The notes under the pieces were generated by a model that saw only the letters and a program-made list of their open reading frames with translations, made no database searches and was not told where the DNA came from. A DNA stretch of 64,000 nucleotides from a virus. The stretch lies in the IMG/VR virus record IMGVR_UViG_3300014565_000223; one strand, given 5' to 3'. The translations under genes and the position numbers were made by a program. Positions 49,836 to 59,574 of the stretch are shown here, piece by piece (position 1 is the stretch's first letter; each line of letters begins with the position of its first letter).

Positions 49836-50192
49836 ATGCCGGAACGTAACAGAGGGTATTTGAGAAAGCAAAGACTACGAAATATTGAACGTAGAAAAAA
49901 ATTAATAAGTCAACGAGAACTTATGTATCATGGATATAAAACTTTGAACGATCCTGATTTTAAAGAGGGGATGTTACATAAAGGACACAGTGGACGACTT
50001 GGCATGGGTGGAACTGCAGTAAAAACTAATACTCGTAAAGGACATGCTTCATATCGACATAAAGGTGCTTATGGTCAAGCTGATAATTATTCAAGACATG
50101 ATAAGCAGCAAGTTGAAGATGGAGCACAGCAAATTAAAGAATGGGAGAACGAAGATGGAAGAAGAGAAAAAGAAGGTTCTGATTGTAGTTGA
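49836..50192 (+). CDS. small basic protein (118 aa)
   Basis: Arg/Lys-rich N-terminus. Confidence 0.4.
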   Translation: MPERNRGYLRKQRLRNIERRKKLISQRELMYHGYKTLNDPDFKEGMLHKGHSGRLGMGGTAVKTNTRKGHASYRHKGAYGQADNYSRHDKQQVEDGAQQIKEWENEDGRREKEGSDCS

Positions 50193-50706
50193 TGTACAGA
50201 ATGATTTTGTAACCGGTTCACTTGGTACGCCGGAAGCCCAAGCTATTATTCCGAATGTAAAAGAGAAATTTGATGAATATAAGAATAATAAGAACTATGT
50301 AATTCTTACAAAGGATACTCATCATTCAGATTACGCAGATACTTCAGAGGGCAGAAAACTTCCTGAACATTGTATGTATGGTACTAAAGGTTGGGAAATT
50401 GTTGATGAACTTGATTATAAAAATCTCGATAGTTTTATGGTATGTTGTAAATCTACTTTTGGATTTGATGACTGGAATTGGGAAGAAATATTTAATACTA
50501 CAGATGGTTCTTTATTAGATATTGAAATTATTGGCATATGCACAGATATCTGTGTTATTACGAACGCTCTTTTGATTAAAACTTATTATCCAGAGGCAAA
50601 AATCACAGTTGATGCGTCATGTTGTGCCGGAACTACACCGGAGAAGCATAAAGCAGCACTTGATGTCATGGAAAGCTGTCAAATTAATGTGATAAATAAA
50701 AATTAA
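50155..50706 (+). CDS. isochorismatase-family hydrolase, nicotinamidase (PncA)-like
   Basis: LIVVDVQNDF N-terminal signature; catalytic Cys context IGICTDICV. ATG 50155. Confidence 0.65.
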   Translation: MEEEKKKVLIVVDVQNDFVTGSLGTPEAQAIIPNVKEKFDEYKNNKNYVILTKDTHHSDYADTSEGRKLPEHCMYGTKGWEIVDELDYKNLDSFMVCCKSTFGFDDWNWEEIFNTTDGSLLDIEIIGICTDICVITNALLIKTYYPEAKITVDASCCAGTTPEKHKAALDVMESCQINVINKN

Positions 50707-50714
50707 ATTAAACA

Positions 50715-51347
50715 ATGGAGGAAATCAAAATGATGAACAATTTTATGAATGGAATGTTTGGAAAAATCGGTAGTGGAATGTGCAAGTTATCCATGAGCGG
50801 TAATATTGCGGTAAAAACTTCTAATGGATATAAGAGTTACAATGTTAAATCCGGCAAGCTCACAAACTGTGGCAATTTCGTGTTTCCTGGAGTAGATGAA
50901 AACTTTTTCTTCGTCATTCCTACAAATAAGGTAACTAAAGGAGATATTATCCTTGTAAATGGCAAACCTAAGTGCGTCATCGAAGCAGATAAAACAAAGA
51001 TCACTGTAATCAATTATGAAGATTCTACAGTTGAAACAATTCTGCCGGAGCGCCATGTATTTATGGGAAATACTTATTTCTATGGAAAAATTGTATCTAT
51101 GTTCGGAAGTAATCTTGGAAAAGATAAGAATAGTGCAAATAAAATCTTTAAATATATGATGATGTCCCAGATGATGAATGGAGCGGCCGGTACCGGAACT
51201 GGAACAGACAGTAATCCAATGAGTGCTATGATGCCATTTATGATGATGAATGGTGGTATTGGTGATGTATTTGACGGTATGTTTGATTTTAGCATGGATG
51301 ATACAGACACAGAAGATAGTGAAGATGATTTAGAGGAGGATGAATAA
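50715..51347 (+). CDS. Met/Gly-rich protein with acidic C-terminal tail
   Basis: ATGGAGGAAATCAAAATG RBS. Confidence 0.45.
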   Translation: MEEIKMMNNFMNGMFGKIGSGMCKLSMSGNIAVKTSNGYKSYNVKSGKLTNCGNFVFPGVDENFFFVIPTNKVTKGDIILVNGKPKCVIEADKTKITVINYEDSTVETILPERHVFMGNTYFYGKIVSMFGSNLGKDKNSANKIFKYMMMSQMMNGAAGTGTGTDSNPMSAMMPFMMMNGGIGDVFDGMFDFSMDDTDTEDSEDDLEEDE

Positions 51348-51349
51348 TT

Positions 51350-52249
51350 ATGGGAAGCGGAAGTTGGGATACTAGAAGTTTTGTAAGTTATTCAACATCA
51401 AAAGGATATGGCACTGATTCACGAGGAGTAGTTACAGGAAGTTATTCTAATCAGGAAATGTTTAAAGCAAAAAATATTGATGCAGCACTCGATCCTAAAG
51501 GTGTTATTAGAGAATGTTGTGATAATGAAGAGCATCCGAATACTTTACCAGTCATTTTAGCTTTGGATGTCACAGGATCTATGGGACAGACCGCAGTAGA
51601 AATTGCAAAAAGACTTAATGAAATCATGACAAAATTATATGGTCAGATTAAAGATGTAGAATTTATGATTATGGGTATTGGTGATTTAGCATATGATAAT
51701 TATCCAATTCAGGCATCACAGTTTGAATCCGATATTAGAATTGCGGAGCAGCTTGATAAAATCTATTTTGAATTTGGCGGCGGAGGTAATTGTTTCGAGT
51801 CATATACTGCTGCTTGGTATTTTGGATCTCGTCATACAAAACTTGATTGTTGGAATAGGGGTAAAAAAGGCGTAATTATCACAATTGGGGACGAACGTCT
51901 TAATCCGTACTTACCAGTATCAGGACGACGCTCTGGATTAGGAATTACAACTGGCGATACGCTTCAGGCCGATGTAGAAACTAAAGATTTATATATGGAA
52001 ACATCTGAGAAATTTGATATTTATCACATTAATGTAAATCATCGTGATGGATATGACCAGAGAGGAATAGTTGAGTCTTTTTCAGAGTATCTTGATGATA
52101 ATCATTTTAGGACCATTAATCGTCTTGATGATATTGCAGATGAAATTGTAAAGATTGTAGTTGCGGCTGCAGAAAATAATGAACCTGTAGTAGTCTCATC
52201 CACTGTAATTTCTGCAGAGACAGATGAATCAGGAGCTATTGTTTGGTAA
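51350..52249 (+). CDS. von Willebrand factor A domain protein
   Basis: MIDAS motif LDVTGSMG. Confidence 0.6.
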   Translation: MGSGSWDTRSFVSYSTSKGYGTDSRGVVTGSYSNQEMFKAKNIDAALDPKGVIRECCDNEEHPNTLPVILALDVTGSMGQTAVEIAKRLNEIMTKLYGQIKDVEFMIMGIGDLAYDNYPIQASQFESDIRIAEQLDKIYFEFGGGGNCFESYTAAWYFGSRHTKLDCWNRGKKGVIITIGDERLNPYLPVSGRRSGLGITTGDTLQADVETKDLYMETSEKFDIYHINVNHRDGYDQRGIVESFSEYLDDNHFRTINRLDDIADEIVKIVVAAAENNEPVVVSSTVISAETDESGAIVW

Positions 52250-52261
52250 GGAGAATAACTT

Positions 52262-53371
52262 ATGAAAGATATAAAAATTGTCATCGGAGCAAACTTTGGT
52301 GACGAGGGCAAGGGTAAATTAACAGATTATTATACTAAAAATGCAGATAACTGTATCGTTGTGTGTTCAAATGGCGGTGCTCAAAGAGGACACACAGTAT
52401 TAAAATCAGACGGAACCCGGCATGTCTTTCATCATTTCGGCTCTGGAACATTAAACGGAGCAGATACTTATTTACCGGAGGATTTTATTTTAAATCCTCT
52501 GGTATTTAGGGAAGAATGGGAAGAGTTGAAGAAATTAGGATGGGAACCTTATGTGTACGTTCATGAACAATGTATGATTACGAATCCTCTTGATATGATG
52601 GCAAATCAAATTATTGAGCGAAGTCGCGGTAATAATAAACACGGAAGTTGTGGAATGGGTATTTATAATACCATTCAACGATATAAAAAGCATATTGATT
52701 CATATTCATTATCATGGACATATTATATGAACATGTTCAAAAACATGGGAATTACGTTATCTGAGCAGGAAGAAGAATTATTTCATCCCGTAAAAAATCC
52801 TGGGCTTCGAGACCATTACAATGAAGATCTTGATTTTATGATGTCTCATGTACATGTTGTAAATAATATTCAATTACTACTTAATGGATACGACACCATT
52901 GTGTTTGAAAATGGTCAGGGGCTTCTTTTGGATCAAAATAATACTGAATATTACCCACATCTTACACCATCAAATACTGGTATTAAGAATCCTGCCAGAA
53001 TTATAAAGGCTATAAGATGGACTGATGAAATTAATATAGAAGCTTGTTATGTGACACGTACATATATGACGCGGCATGGAGCCGGTGCGTTCCCAACTGA
53101 ATGTAATAAGGAAGAGATTAATCCGGACATCAAAGATTTAACCAATGTTCCAAATCCACATCAGGATACTTTGAGATATGGGAAGTTAAATGTGGAAGAA
53201 TTACATGAAAGATGTCAAGCAGACATAAAAACCTCTGGAATCCCATGTCGGAAGACATTGGCTATGACTCATATGAATGAATATTGCGAGTCTAATATAT
53301 CTCTTTATGAAATACATAAAATATTCAAAGATAACTGGAAATTAAAATTGTTTGAACGTGAGGAGAACTAA
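52262..53371 (+). CDS. adenylosuccinate synthetase-like protein, short form (PurA/PurZ family)
   Basis: N-terminal P-loop GANFGDEGKGKLTDYY matches the PurA signature GxQWGDEGKGK. At 369 aa it is shorter than bacterial PurA (~430), like archaeal PurA / phage PurZ. Confidence 0.6.
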   Translation: MKDIKIVIGANFGDEGKGKLTDYYTKNADNCIVVCSNGGAQRGHTVLKSDGTRHVFHHFGSGTLNGADTYLPEDFILNPLVFREEWEELKKLGWEPYVYVHEQCMITNPLDMMANQIIERSRGNNKHGSCGMGIYNTIQRYKKHIDSYSLSWTYYMNMFKNMGITLSEQEEELFHPVKNPGLRDHYNEDLDFMMSHVHVVNNIQLLLNGYDTIVFENGQGLLLDQNNTEYYPHLTPSNTGIKNPARIIKAIRWTDEINIEACYVTRTYMTRHGAGAFPTECNKEEINPDIKDLTNVPNPHQDTLRYGKLNVEELHERCQADIKTSGIPCRKTLAMTHMNEYCESNISLYEIHKIFKDNWKLKLFEREEN

Positions 53372-54169
53372 ATGATTAAATTAAACGACGTAGAAATCAA
53401 ACTTGATAAATATCCGGATGGAACATTCTTATTTAAGGATATTCCTCCTATTGGACCAAAAAACCTTATTGAATGGTTTTTTGAGTCAATGGAAGAAATG
53501 TCAGCAATTATTTATCTTACTCAATATTGTAAAGATCAGGGTACTGAAATTTATTTAGATATGCCATATATTCCTGATGCACGTATGGATAGAGTAAAAA
53601 AAAGAAAAGAAATCTTTACACTGAAATATTTTGCTCAAATTATTAACTTGTTGAATTTTAAACAGGTAGAAGTTTTAGATCCTCACTCTGATGTATCTGC
53701 CGCATTATTTAATAAAGTACATGTAGGAACCCCGAATCGAATGATTGAAACTGCTGTCAAGAAGATTGCTAGTAATAATCTCATGATGTTTTATCCAGAT
53801 GCGGGATCTATGAAAAGATATTCTTCAGCAGTACATCTTCCATATGCTTTCGGTATTAAGAATAGAGATTGGAAAACTGGAGAGATTAAAGGCTTAGATT
53901 TATCAGGTGAAATTGATCAGTTACCAGGTAAAGATATCCTTATTGTAGATGATATTTGTAGCAGAGGTGGTACTTTTTATTATAGTGCTAAAAAGCTGAA
54001 AGAGGCCGGTGTAGGTAAGATTTATCTTTATGTAACTCATTGTGAAAACACTATTTATGAAGGAGAACTTCTGAAAAATAATGGATTAATTGAGAAGATT
54101 TATACGACAGATACGATTTTGACAAATCTGGAAAGTCCTAAGATTGAATTGGTTGAGAGGTTTAGATAA
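53372..54169 (+). CDS. ribose-phosphate pyrophosphokinase-like protein (PRPP synthetase / Adps-like)
   Basis: PRPP-binding loop ILIVDDICSRGGT. 265 aa, shorter than canonical Prs. Confidence 0.6.
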   Translation: MIKLNDVEIKLDKYPDGTFLFKDIPPIGPKNLIEWFFESMEEMSAIIYLTQYCKDQGTEIYLDMPYIPDARMDRVKKRKEIFTLKYFAQIINLLNFKQVEVLDPHSDVSAALFNKVHVGTPNRMIETAVKKIASNNLMMFYPDAGSMKRYSSAVHLPYAFGIKNRDWKTGEIKGLDLSGEIDQLPGKDILIVDDICSRGGTFYYSAKKLKEAGVGKIYLYVTHCENTIYEGELLKNNGLIEKIYTTDTILTNLESPKIELVERFR

Positions 54170-54217
54170 GGAGGAATATTATGAAACAAATTATTATTCC
54201 TTTAGGGTGGTGAGAAA

Positions 54218-54688
54218 ATGAAAGAAATTTTAGGAAATAATCTTGAACAATTCTTTTTTGTATTATTAGATTTATTAGATTACCAAAAAGAATGTGGAGC
54301 GATATGCACATACAAGAGTAATAGATATGAAGTTTGGTTAATGTATGATGAAACATTTAATAGGATCTCAGATATGTCAGAAGAAGAATTTGTTAAATTC
54401 GCAGGTGAAGATGCTTGGTGGAGAAGTAGCAATGGTAGTGTATTATATTCACTTGATAAAGGAGAAATAACAATTAATCATAAGAAAATGATTGGATGGA
54501 TTAGAAAACCTGGGGATGAAGAAATATCAACAGATATTGAATATTCATCATTAACAGAATATTTATGTGAATTTATTGGGGCTTCTACACCTCATAATGT
54601 TGTTGCTTGTGCAATGGATTTGGGTAAATTTAATCATTTGACAATGGGTAGATTGTTTAAAAAATATGAACCAGTGGAGGATGAATGA
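54218..54688 (+). CDS. hypothetical protein (156 aa)
   Basis: GGGTGGTGAGAAAATG RBS. Confidence 0.45.
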   Translation: MKEILGNNLEQFFFVLLDLLDYQKECGAICTYKSNRYEVWLMYDETFNRISDMSEEEFVKFAGEDAWWRSSNGSVLYSLDKGEITINHKKMIGWIRKPGDEEISTDIEYSSLTEYLCEFIGASTPHNVVACAMDLGKFNHLTMGRLFKKYEPVEDE

Positions 54689-54983
54689 AGAAATGATGTT
54701 TACAGTTTGTAATGTTCCAAAGTTTTTAGAGGAACAGATGAATAAAATGAAAGACACTATTACGAGTGATATGAATGAAGATAATCTTAAAGGTTATGAG
54801 TATGCAGTTGAAACTATGTTAAGTATTATTAGACAGACAATTCATGCTGCCGAGATGGATGATGAAATTCTTGTGCATAGCGATAAGATTGCTGATGAGA
54901 ACGATATTGAAGAGTTTGATTTACATGATTTGTTAGGACTTTATGGTTGTAGAGTTGTGGCACAGAAAGAATTTGAAGAATAA
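54681..54983 (+). CDS. hypothetical acidic protein
   Basis: ATG 54681 with GTGGAGG RBS. Confidence 0.4.
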   Translation: MNEEMMFTVCNVPKFLEEQMNKMKDTITSDMNEDNLKGYEYAVETMLSIIRQTIHAAEMDDEILVHSDKIADENDIEEFDLHDLLGLYGCRVVAQKEFEE

Positions 54984-55061
54984 TACATGCAAAAAAGCAA
55001 TCTTTTTTCGGAGAATCAATGTGAAATATGAAAGAATGCAAGAGGAATGGAGAAATAGTAT

Positions 55062-55403
55062 ATGAAAGCACAGATTTGCGAAACGTGTGTACATAAACAT
55101 GATAGATGTTATTGCAGTCCGAATAGTACATGTGATAAGTATAAGAAAATTCAAATGGTAGAAAAGAAATCATGGGAAGAATTTAAGAATAACGGATTTC
55201 TCTGGTGGATTAATATGATTTTACATACATTCGGATGGGCGATTTGTGTAGATATCGAAGAAGACGGATCAGTTTCAAATGCTTATCCTGCCAGAGTAAA
55301 ATTCAGAGGATTTGCAGAGAAGAATAATACAGATGGTTATATTAAAGTCAGTCAATATTTGAAAGACAATGTGGACGAGCTTGTAAAAGAAGCGAATGAT
55401 TAA
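55062..55403 (+). CDS. Cys-rich protein (CETCVHKHDRCYCSPNSTC) with TM segment
   Basis: ORF. Confidence 0.4.
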   Translation: MKAQICETCVHKHDRCYCSPNSTCDKYKKIQMVEKKSWEEFKNNGFLWWINMILHTFGWAICVDIEEDGSVSNAYPARVKFRGFAEKNNTDGYIKVSQYLKDNVDELVKEAND

Positions 55404-55412
55404 GGAGGAGTT

Positions 55413-56888
55413 ATGAATAATACTTTAGCAATTTTACTTTCAGATACATATAAACAAATTCATAATAAAATCTATCCAAAAGGATTAACAAAACTTGTTT
55501 CCTACTGGACTCCACGACGATCAATGCTTAAGAATCAGAACAAAATGGTATTCTTTGGTCTACAGGCATTTATTGAAGAATATCTGATTGATTATTTTAA
55601 TAAAAACTTTTTTGAATTAACAGCAGCAGAAGTTGAGCATACATATAAATACAGTATGGATATACAGTTAGGAAATAGTTATGACCTAGAGCCTATTATA
55701 AAACTTCATAAATTAGGCTATCTTCCAATTCGGATTCGTGCTATTCCGGAAGGAACATTGGTACCAATGGGTATTCCATGTATTGAAATTACAAATACAC
55801 ATCCAGATTTTGCTTGGGTAGTACAGTGGATCGAATGTATCCTGCAGGTTGAACTCTGGAAACCATGTGCTCATGCAACAATTGGTCATATGTATAGAGA
55901 ACTTGCAAATGACTACTATAAAATGACCTGTGATGACTTTTTAAGACCTGAAATGGCCTGCTCAGACTTTGGTATGAGAGGAATGTCTTGTATGGAAGAG
56001 GCCGTGAGATGCTCGTCTGCTTGGTTATTATCATTTGATAAGACAAGCACAATTCCTGCTATTGATTATATAGATACATATTATGATGCTTGCTGTTGGA
56101 CTGAAAGAATCGGAATTGGTGCTGTATCAACAGAACATTCAGTTATGGCTTCAAATTATGCAGTAGACGGTGATGAAATCACATTTGTAAAAAGACTACT
56201 TACGGAACTATATCCTAATGCATCTTTTAGTATGGTATCTGACACTTATGATTACTGGAACATGATTGATAATATTCTTCCGGCTTGTAAAAAAGAAATC
56301 ATGCAGCATAATGGCAAACTTCTGGTCCGTCCAGATTCCGGAGATATGGTAGAAATTGCTGTAGAGACAATTGAAAAGCTTTGGAATACATTCGGCGGAA
56401 CAGTAAATAGCAAAGGATATAAAGTACTTGATTCTCACATTGGAATTATCTATGGAGACGGATGTACTCTTAATAATGTAAAGCAGGTATGGGAAGAACT
56501 GAAGAAAAAAGGATTTGCTGCAAACAATATCGTATTCGGAGTCGGAGCATTTTGCTTCTCAGCAGTTATAGAACCTGATGGATACATGGTTGTTGTAACT
56601 AGAGATATGTTTGGCATTGCTATGAAAGCTACATATGGAATCGTCAACGGTGAACCAATTATGATTTATAAAGATCCCAAAACCGATACGAGTCATTTGA
56701 AAAAATCTCATAAAGGGTGTTGTTGTATATATTACGATGACAATGGAGAATTACAGTGTGAAGACGGGTATAATGATGTATTTCGTGACGGAGCGTTAAG
56801 TACCGTATTTGTAGATGGGAAAGCTTGCAATAAAGAAACATTTGAAGACATTAGAGAAAGATTAAACGGAGGAAACAAAGATGAGTAA
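55413..56888 (+). CDS. nicotinamide phosphoribosyltransferase family (Nampt / NadV; could be the Namat variant)
   Basis: Collinear with Nampt: DTYK (DSYK), FFGLQ, IRAIPEGTLVP...WIECILQ, DFGMRG, SDTYD, VRPDSGD, NSKGYKVL...YGDG. Confidence 0.85.
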   Translation: MNNTLAILLSDTYKQIHNKIYPKGLTKLVSYWTPRRSMLKNQNKMVFFGLQAFIEEYLIDYFNKNFFELTAAEVEHTYKYSMDIQLGNSYDLEPIIKLHKLGYLPIRIRAIPEGTLVPMGIPCIEITNTHPDFAWVVQWIECILQVELWKPCAHATIGHMYRELANDYYKMTCDDFLRPEMACSDFGMRGMSCMEEAVRCSSAWLLSFDKTSTIPAIDYIDTYYDACCWTERIGIGAVSTEHSVMASNYAVDGDEITFVKRLLTELYPNASFSMVSDTYDYWNMIDNILPACKKEIMQHNGKLLVRPDSGDMVEIAVETIEKLWNTFGGTVNSKGYKVLDSHIGIIYGDGCTLNNVKQVWEELKKKGFAANNIVFGVGAFCFSAVIEPDGYMVVVTRDMFGIAMKATYGIVNGEPIMIYKDPKTDTSHLKKSHKGCCCIYYDDNGELQCEDGYNDVFRDGALSTVFVDGKACNKETFEDIRERLNGGNKDE

Positions 56889-57354
56889 AATTACAGATTA
56901 TTTATTAAAAGATGATGTAATTGTAGTAATGGATGTGGACGGTGTGCTTGCTCCATATGAATTTTCAGAACTGAGTCACAGTATGACTGATGATGAATGG
57001 GATAGACTTGTAGCTTCCGGTGAGAATCCGTATAAAGATGTACGTCCGATTAAATTAATGCAAGAGTTTATTCAGAAGAAAGGTATTGATAAAGTATATA
57101 CCTGTTCAAAGAGTCCTTTCAGTGAGATCCCCGGCAAAAGAGCTTTTATCAAAGATAATTACGGCCTTCCGGATGATAATATCTATTTTACTTTAGAAAA
57201 GACAGAAAAACTTACTGTGCTTCAGACGCTGCAACAAAAGCTTGGGCTTAAGCCGTCTCAGATTGCAATTGTAGAGGATACAGTAAAAACTTTGGATTAT
57301 ATTCGTGCACATAGTGATTTTGTAACTGTACACGTTTCATCATTTATGGAGTAA
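56881..57354 (+). CDS. HAD-superfamily 5'(3')-deoxyribonucleotidase-like (NT5C family)
   Basis: N-terminal VVMDVDGVLAPYEF matches the NT5C DMDGVLADFE motif. Confidence 0.5.
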   Translation: MSKITDYLLKDDVIVVMDVDGVLAPYEFSELSHSMTDDEWDRLVASGENPYKDVRPIKLMQEFIQKKGIDKVYTCSKSPFSEIPGKRAFIKDNYGLPDDNIYFTLEKTEKLTVLQTLQQKLGLKPSQIAIVEDTVKTLDYIRAHSDFVTVHVSSFME

Positions 57355-57369
57355 AGAGGAGTAAAGAGA

Positions 57370-57909
57370 ATGAATTTACAAAGTATTAGTAGATATATAA
57401 GTCTTATATTAAGACATAAGCCTGAAGTTATTGGTATTACTATAGATGAACATGGTTGGGCGAATGTAGAAGAACTGATTCAGGGTATCGCTAAAAACAA
57501 TCCCGGATTCAACAAAGAATTTTTAGAGGAAATTGTACGGACTGACAATAAGCAGCGATATTCTTTCAATGATGACAAGACATTGATCAGAGCGAATCAG
57601 GGACATTCAATTCCGGTAGATGTAGAACTGGAAGAGAAAGAGCCACCTAAAATTCTTTATCATGGAACTGGCGAGAAATATATAGCGTCTATTGATCAGA
57701 ATGGACTGATTCCTAAAAGTCGTTTATATGTTCATTTGTCAAAAGATGTTGAAACCGCCAAAGCTGTCGGCAAGAGACATGGTAAAGAAGTTGTTTATTC
57801 TATCAATAGTGAACAGATGTACAAAGATGGATACAAATTTTACTTATCTAAAAATGGAGTTTGGCTGACTAAAAGGGTTCCAGTGAAATATTTAATGAAG
57901 GAGGTATAA
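57370..57909 (+). CDS. RNA 2'-phosphotransferase Tpt1/KptA family
   Basis: N-terminal [13 protein letters not shown] signature of Tpt1; HGT and R-rich catalytic region; 179 aa. Confidence 0.7.
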   Translation: MNLQSISRYISLILRHKPEVIGITIDEHGWANVEELIQGIAKNNPGFNKEFLEEIVRTDNKQRYSFNDDKTLIRANQGHSIPVDVELEEKEPPKILYHGTGEKYIASIDQNGLIPKSRLYVHLSKDVETAKAVGKRHGKEVVYSINSEQMYKDGYKFYLSKNGVWLTKRVPVKYLMKEV

Positions 57910-57911
57910 AA

Positions 57912-58319
57912 ATGAGTAGTACATATTTTACGGATTCAGTTTCAGATCTTTGTCAGGGGATTGTTGATAAAGCAGATACTTATGAAAAACGAATTAAATA
58001 CTTAGAAGAAGAAAACAAGAAGCTCAAAGATGAGCATTATAAAGATTCTGAAATGCAGAGAATGGAAGCAGAATTGAAAAAAGCGAAAGAGGATCTGTAT
58101 AGAGGATTTCCAATTTCAGAAAAAGAACAAGAGAAAATCAGAGAGTGGGAATTAAAACATGATGCTGAGAAACATGGTTTGAAAACTATGGAACAGAGAG
58201 CAATGGGACATGGTTGCATAGGCGGCTCTCTTACATGGTGCTTTACACCAACATCAATCGGAACTATTGGAGAAGTGATTTGCTCCTGTGGTGAGAAGTT
58301 TACATTTCAGGATTTATAG
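57912..58319 (+). CDS. coiled-coil protein with C-terminal Cys cluster
   Basis: ORF; HGCIGG...CSCGE. Confidence 0.4.
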   Translation: MSSTYFTDSVSDLCQGIVDKADTYEKRIKYLEEENKKLKDEHYKDSEMQRMEAELKKAKEDLYRGFPISEKEQEKIREWELKHDAEKHGLKTMEQRAMGHGCIGGSLTWCFTPTSIGTIGEVICSCGEKFTFQDL

Positions 58320-58329
58320 GAAAAGATTT

Positions 58330-58830
58330 ATGATTAAAATTATTGAAGGTAATATCGTTAATGCAAAGACAGATTTTATAATTCATCAGGTTAACTGCCA
58401 AGGAGAAATGAACACTGGAGTTGCTAAAGCATTAAGAGATTATGATGAAGGTATTTATAAACACTATAGAAAGTTTTGTGAATTTTGTAAGTTCGAGTCG
58501 GAAAAACTACTCGGAACGTGTGATACATATTTCTTGAAAGATAGATGTCAAATTGTATTGTCTTTATTCGCACAAAATAAATATGGATATGATGGTAAAC
58601 AGTATACAGATCTTGAAGCTTTTAGAGAAGGTTTAAGATATATTTCGCAACATTTTGGAGTATGGTGTGAAATAAATGGACCAGAGGGAAAAGATCTTCG
58701 TAGAATCTCAGTAGCGCTTCCGTATAAGATTGGTTGTGGAAGAGGGGGAGCAGACTGGGAAATGGTTTATAAAATCATTGAAGAGGAACTTAAAGATTAT
58801 GATGTGGAATTATGGAGGCTGGATGAATGA
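58330..58830 (+). CDS. macro domain protein (ADP-ribose / Appr-1''-p processing)
   Basis: IIHQVNCQGEMNTGVAKAL matches the macro-domain N-terminal motif. ATG 58330. Confidence 0.6.
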   Translation: MIKIIEGNIVNAKTDFIIHQVNCQGEMNTGVAKALRDYDEGIYKHYRKFCEFCKFESEKLLGTCDTYFLKDRCQIVLSLFAQNKYGYDGKQYTDLEAFREGLRYISQHFGVWCEINGPEGKDLRRISVALPYKIGCGRGGADWEMVYKIIEEELKDYDVELWRLDE

Positions 58831-59252
58831 GCGAGGCGATGAATATTATTATAGCCGGTTCACGAGATTTTGATGATTATCGTTTGCTTAAGAAAACTGT
58901 GTCAGATTATATCGAAGAGAATCAAGTTAATAACACTCAGCAAATTAGAGTTATCAGTGGTGGTGCAAAAGGTGCAGATAGGCTTGGTGAATGTTATGCG
59001 TTTGATAATGGTTACTCCGTTATAAGATTTCAAGCGTTATGGGGAGTTTATGGAAAGTCTGCTGGCCCTAGACGTAATAATGAAATGGCAAAATTTGCAT
59101 CAGAATCAGGCTCTGGTACGTTGATCGCATTTTGGGATGGTGAATCGCGAGGTACAAAAAATATGATTGATACTGCAAGAAGATATGGATTACATGTAAT
59201 TGTAGTTGAATATGAAAAAGATTCGGAGGAATTAAATGAACAGAAAAGATAA
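58827..59252 (+). CDS. SLOG-superfamily protein (DUF2493 / Smf-DprA-LOG like)
   Basis: Rossmann-like AGSRDF, GGAKGADRLGE and WDGESRGT motifs. Confidence 0.45.
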   Translation: MSEAMNIIIAGSRDFDDYRLLKKTVSDYIEENQVNNTQQIRVISGGAKGADRLGECYAFDNGYSVIRFQALWGVYGKSAGPRRNNEMAKFASESGSGTLIAFWDGESRGTKNMIDTARRYGLHVIVVEYEKDSEELNEQKR

Positions 59253-59520
59253 TACATTAGAAGGAATAGGTGCGTTTACAGTAATCATCCTTGCGATTTT
59301 CACTCTTGTTATTAGTCCGGCATTATCATTTATGTTTGCTTACATAGGTGGATGTATACTGAAATTTTTTGTAGGGGACGCATTGGTTAATGGATTAAAT
59401 ATCATATTTAATACAACTAGATTTACGAAACCAATGATCCCTGTTATTTGTGCAACAATTGCAACAATTGGTAAATATTTTAAAACAACAGTCGATATGT
59501 CAAGACATAAAGGACAGTAG
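59236..59520 (+). CDS. small membrane protein (94 aa)
   Basis: Two hydrophobic helices. Confidence 0.4.
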   Translation: MNRKDNTLEGIGAFTVIILAIFTLVISPALSFMFAYIGGCILKFFVGDALVNGLNIIFNTTRFTKPMIPVICATIATIGKYFKTTVDMSRHKGQ

Positions 59521-59574
59521 GAGTTACATATAAATTCTTATGAAAGTAAGAAAGGAACTGCAGGAGGAATCAAA

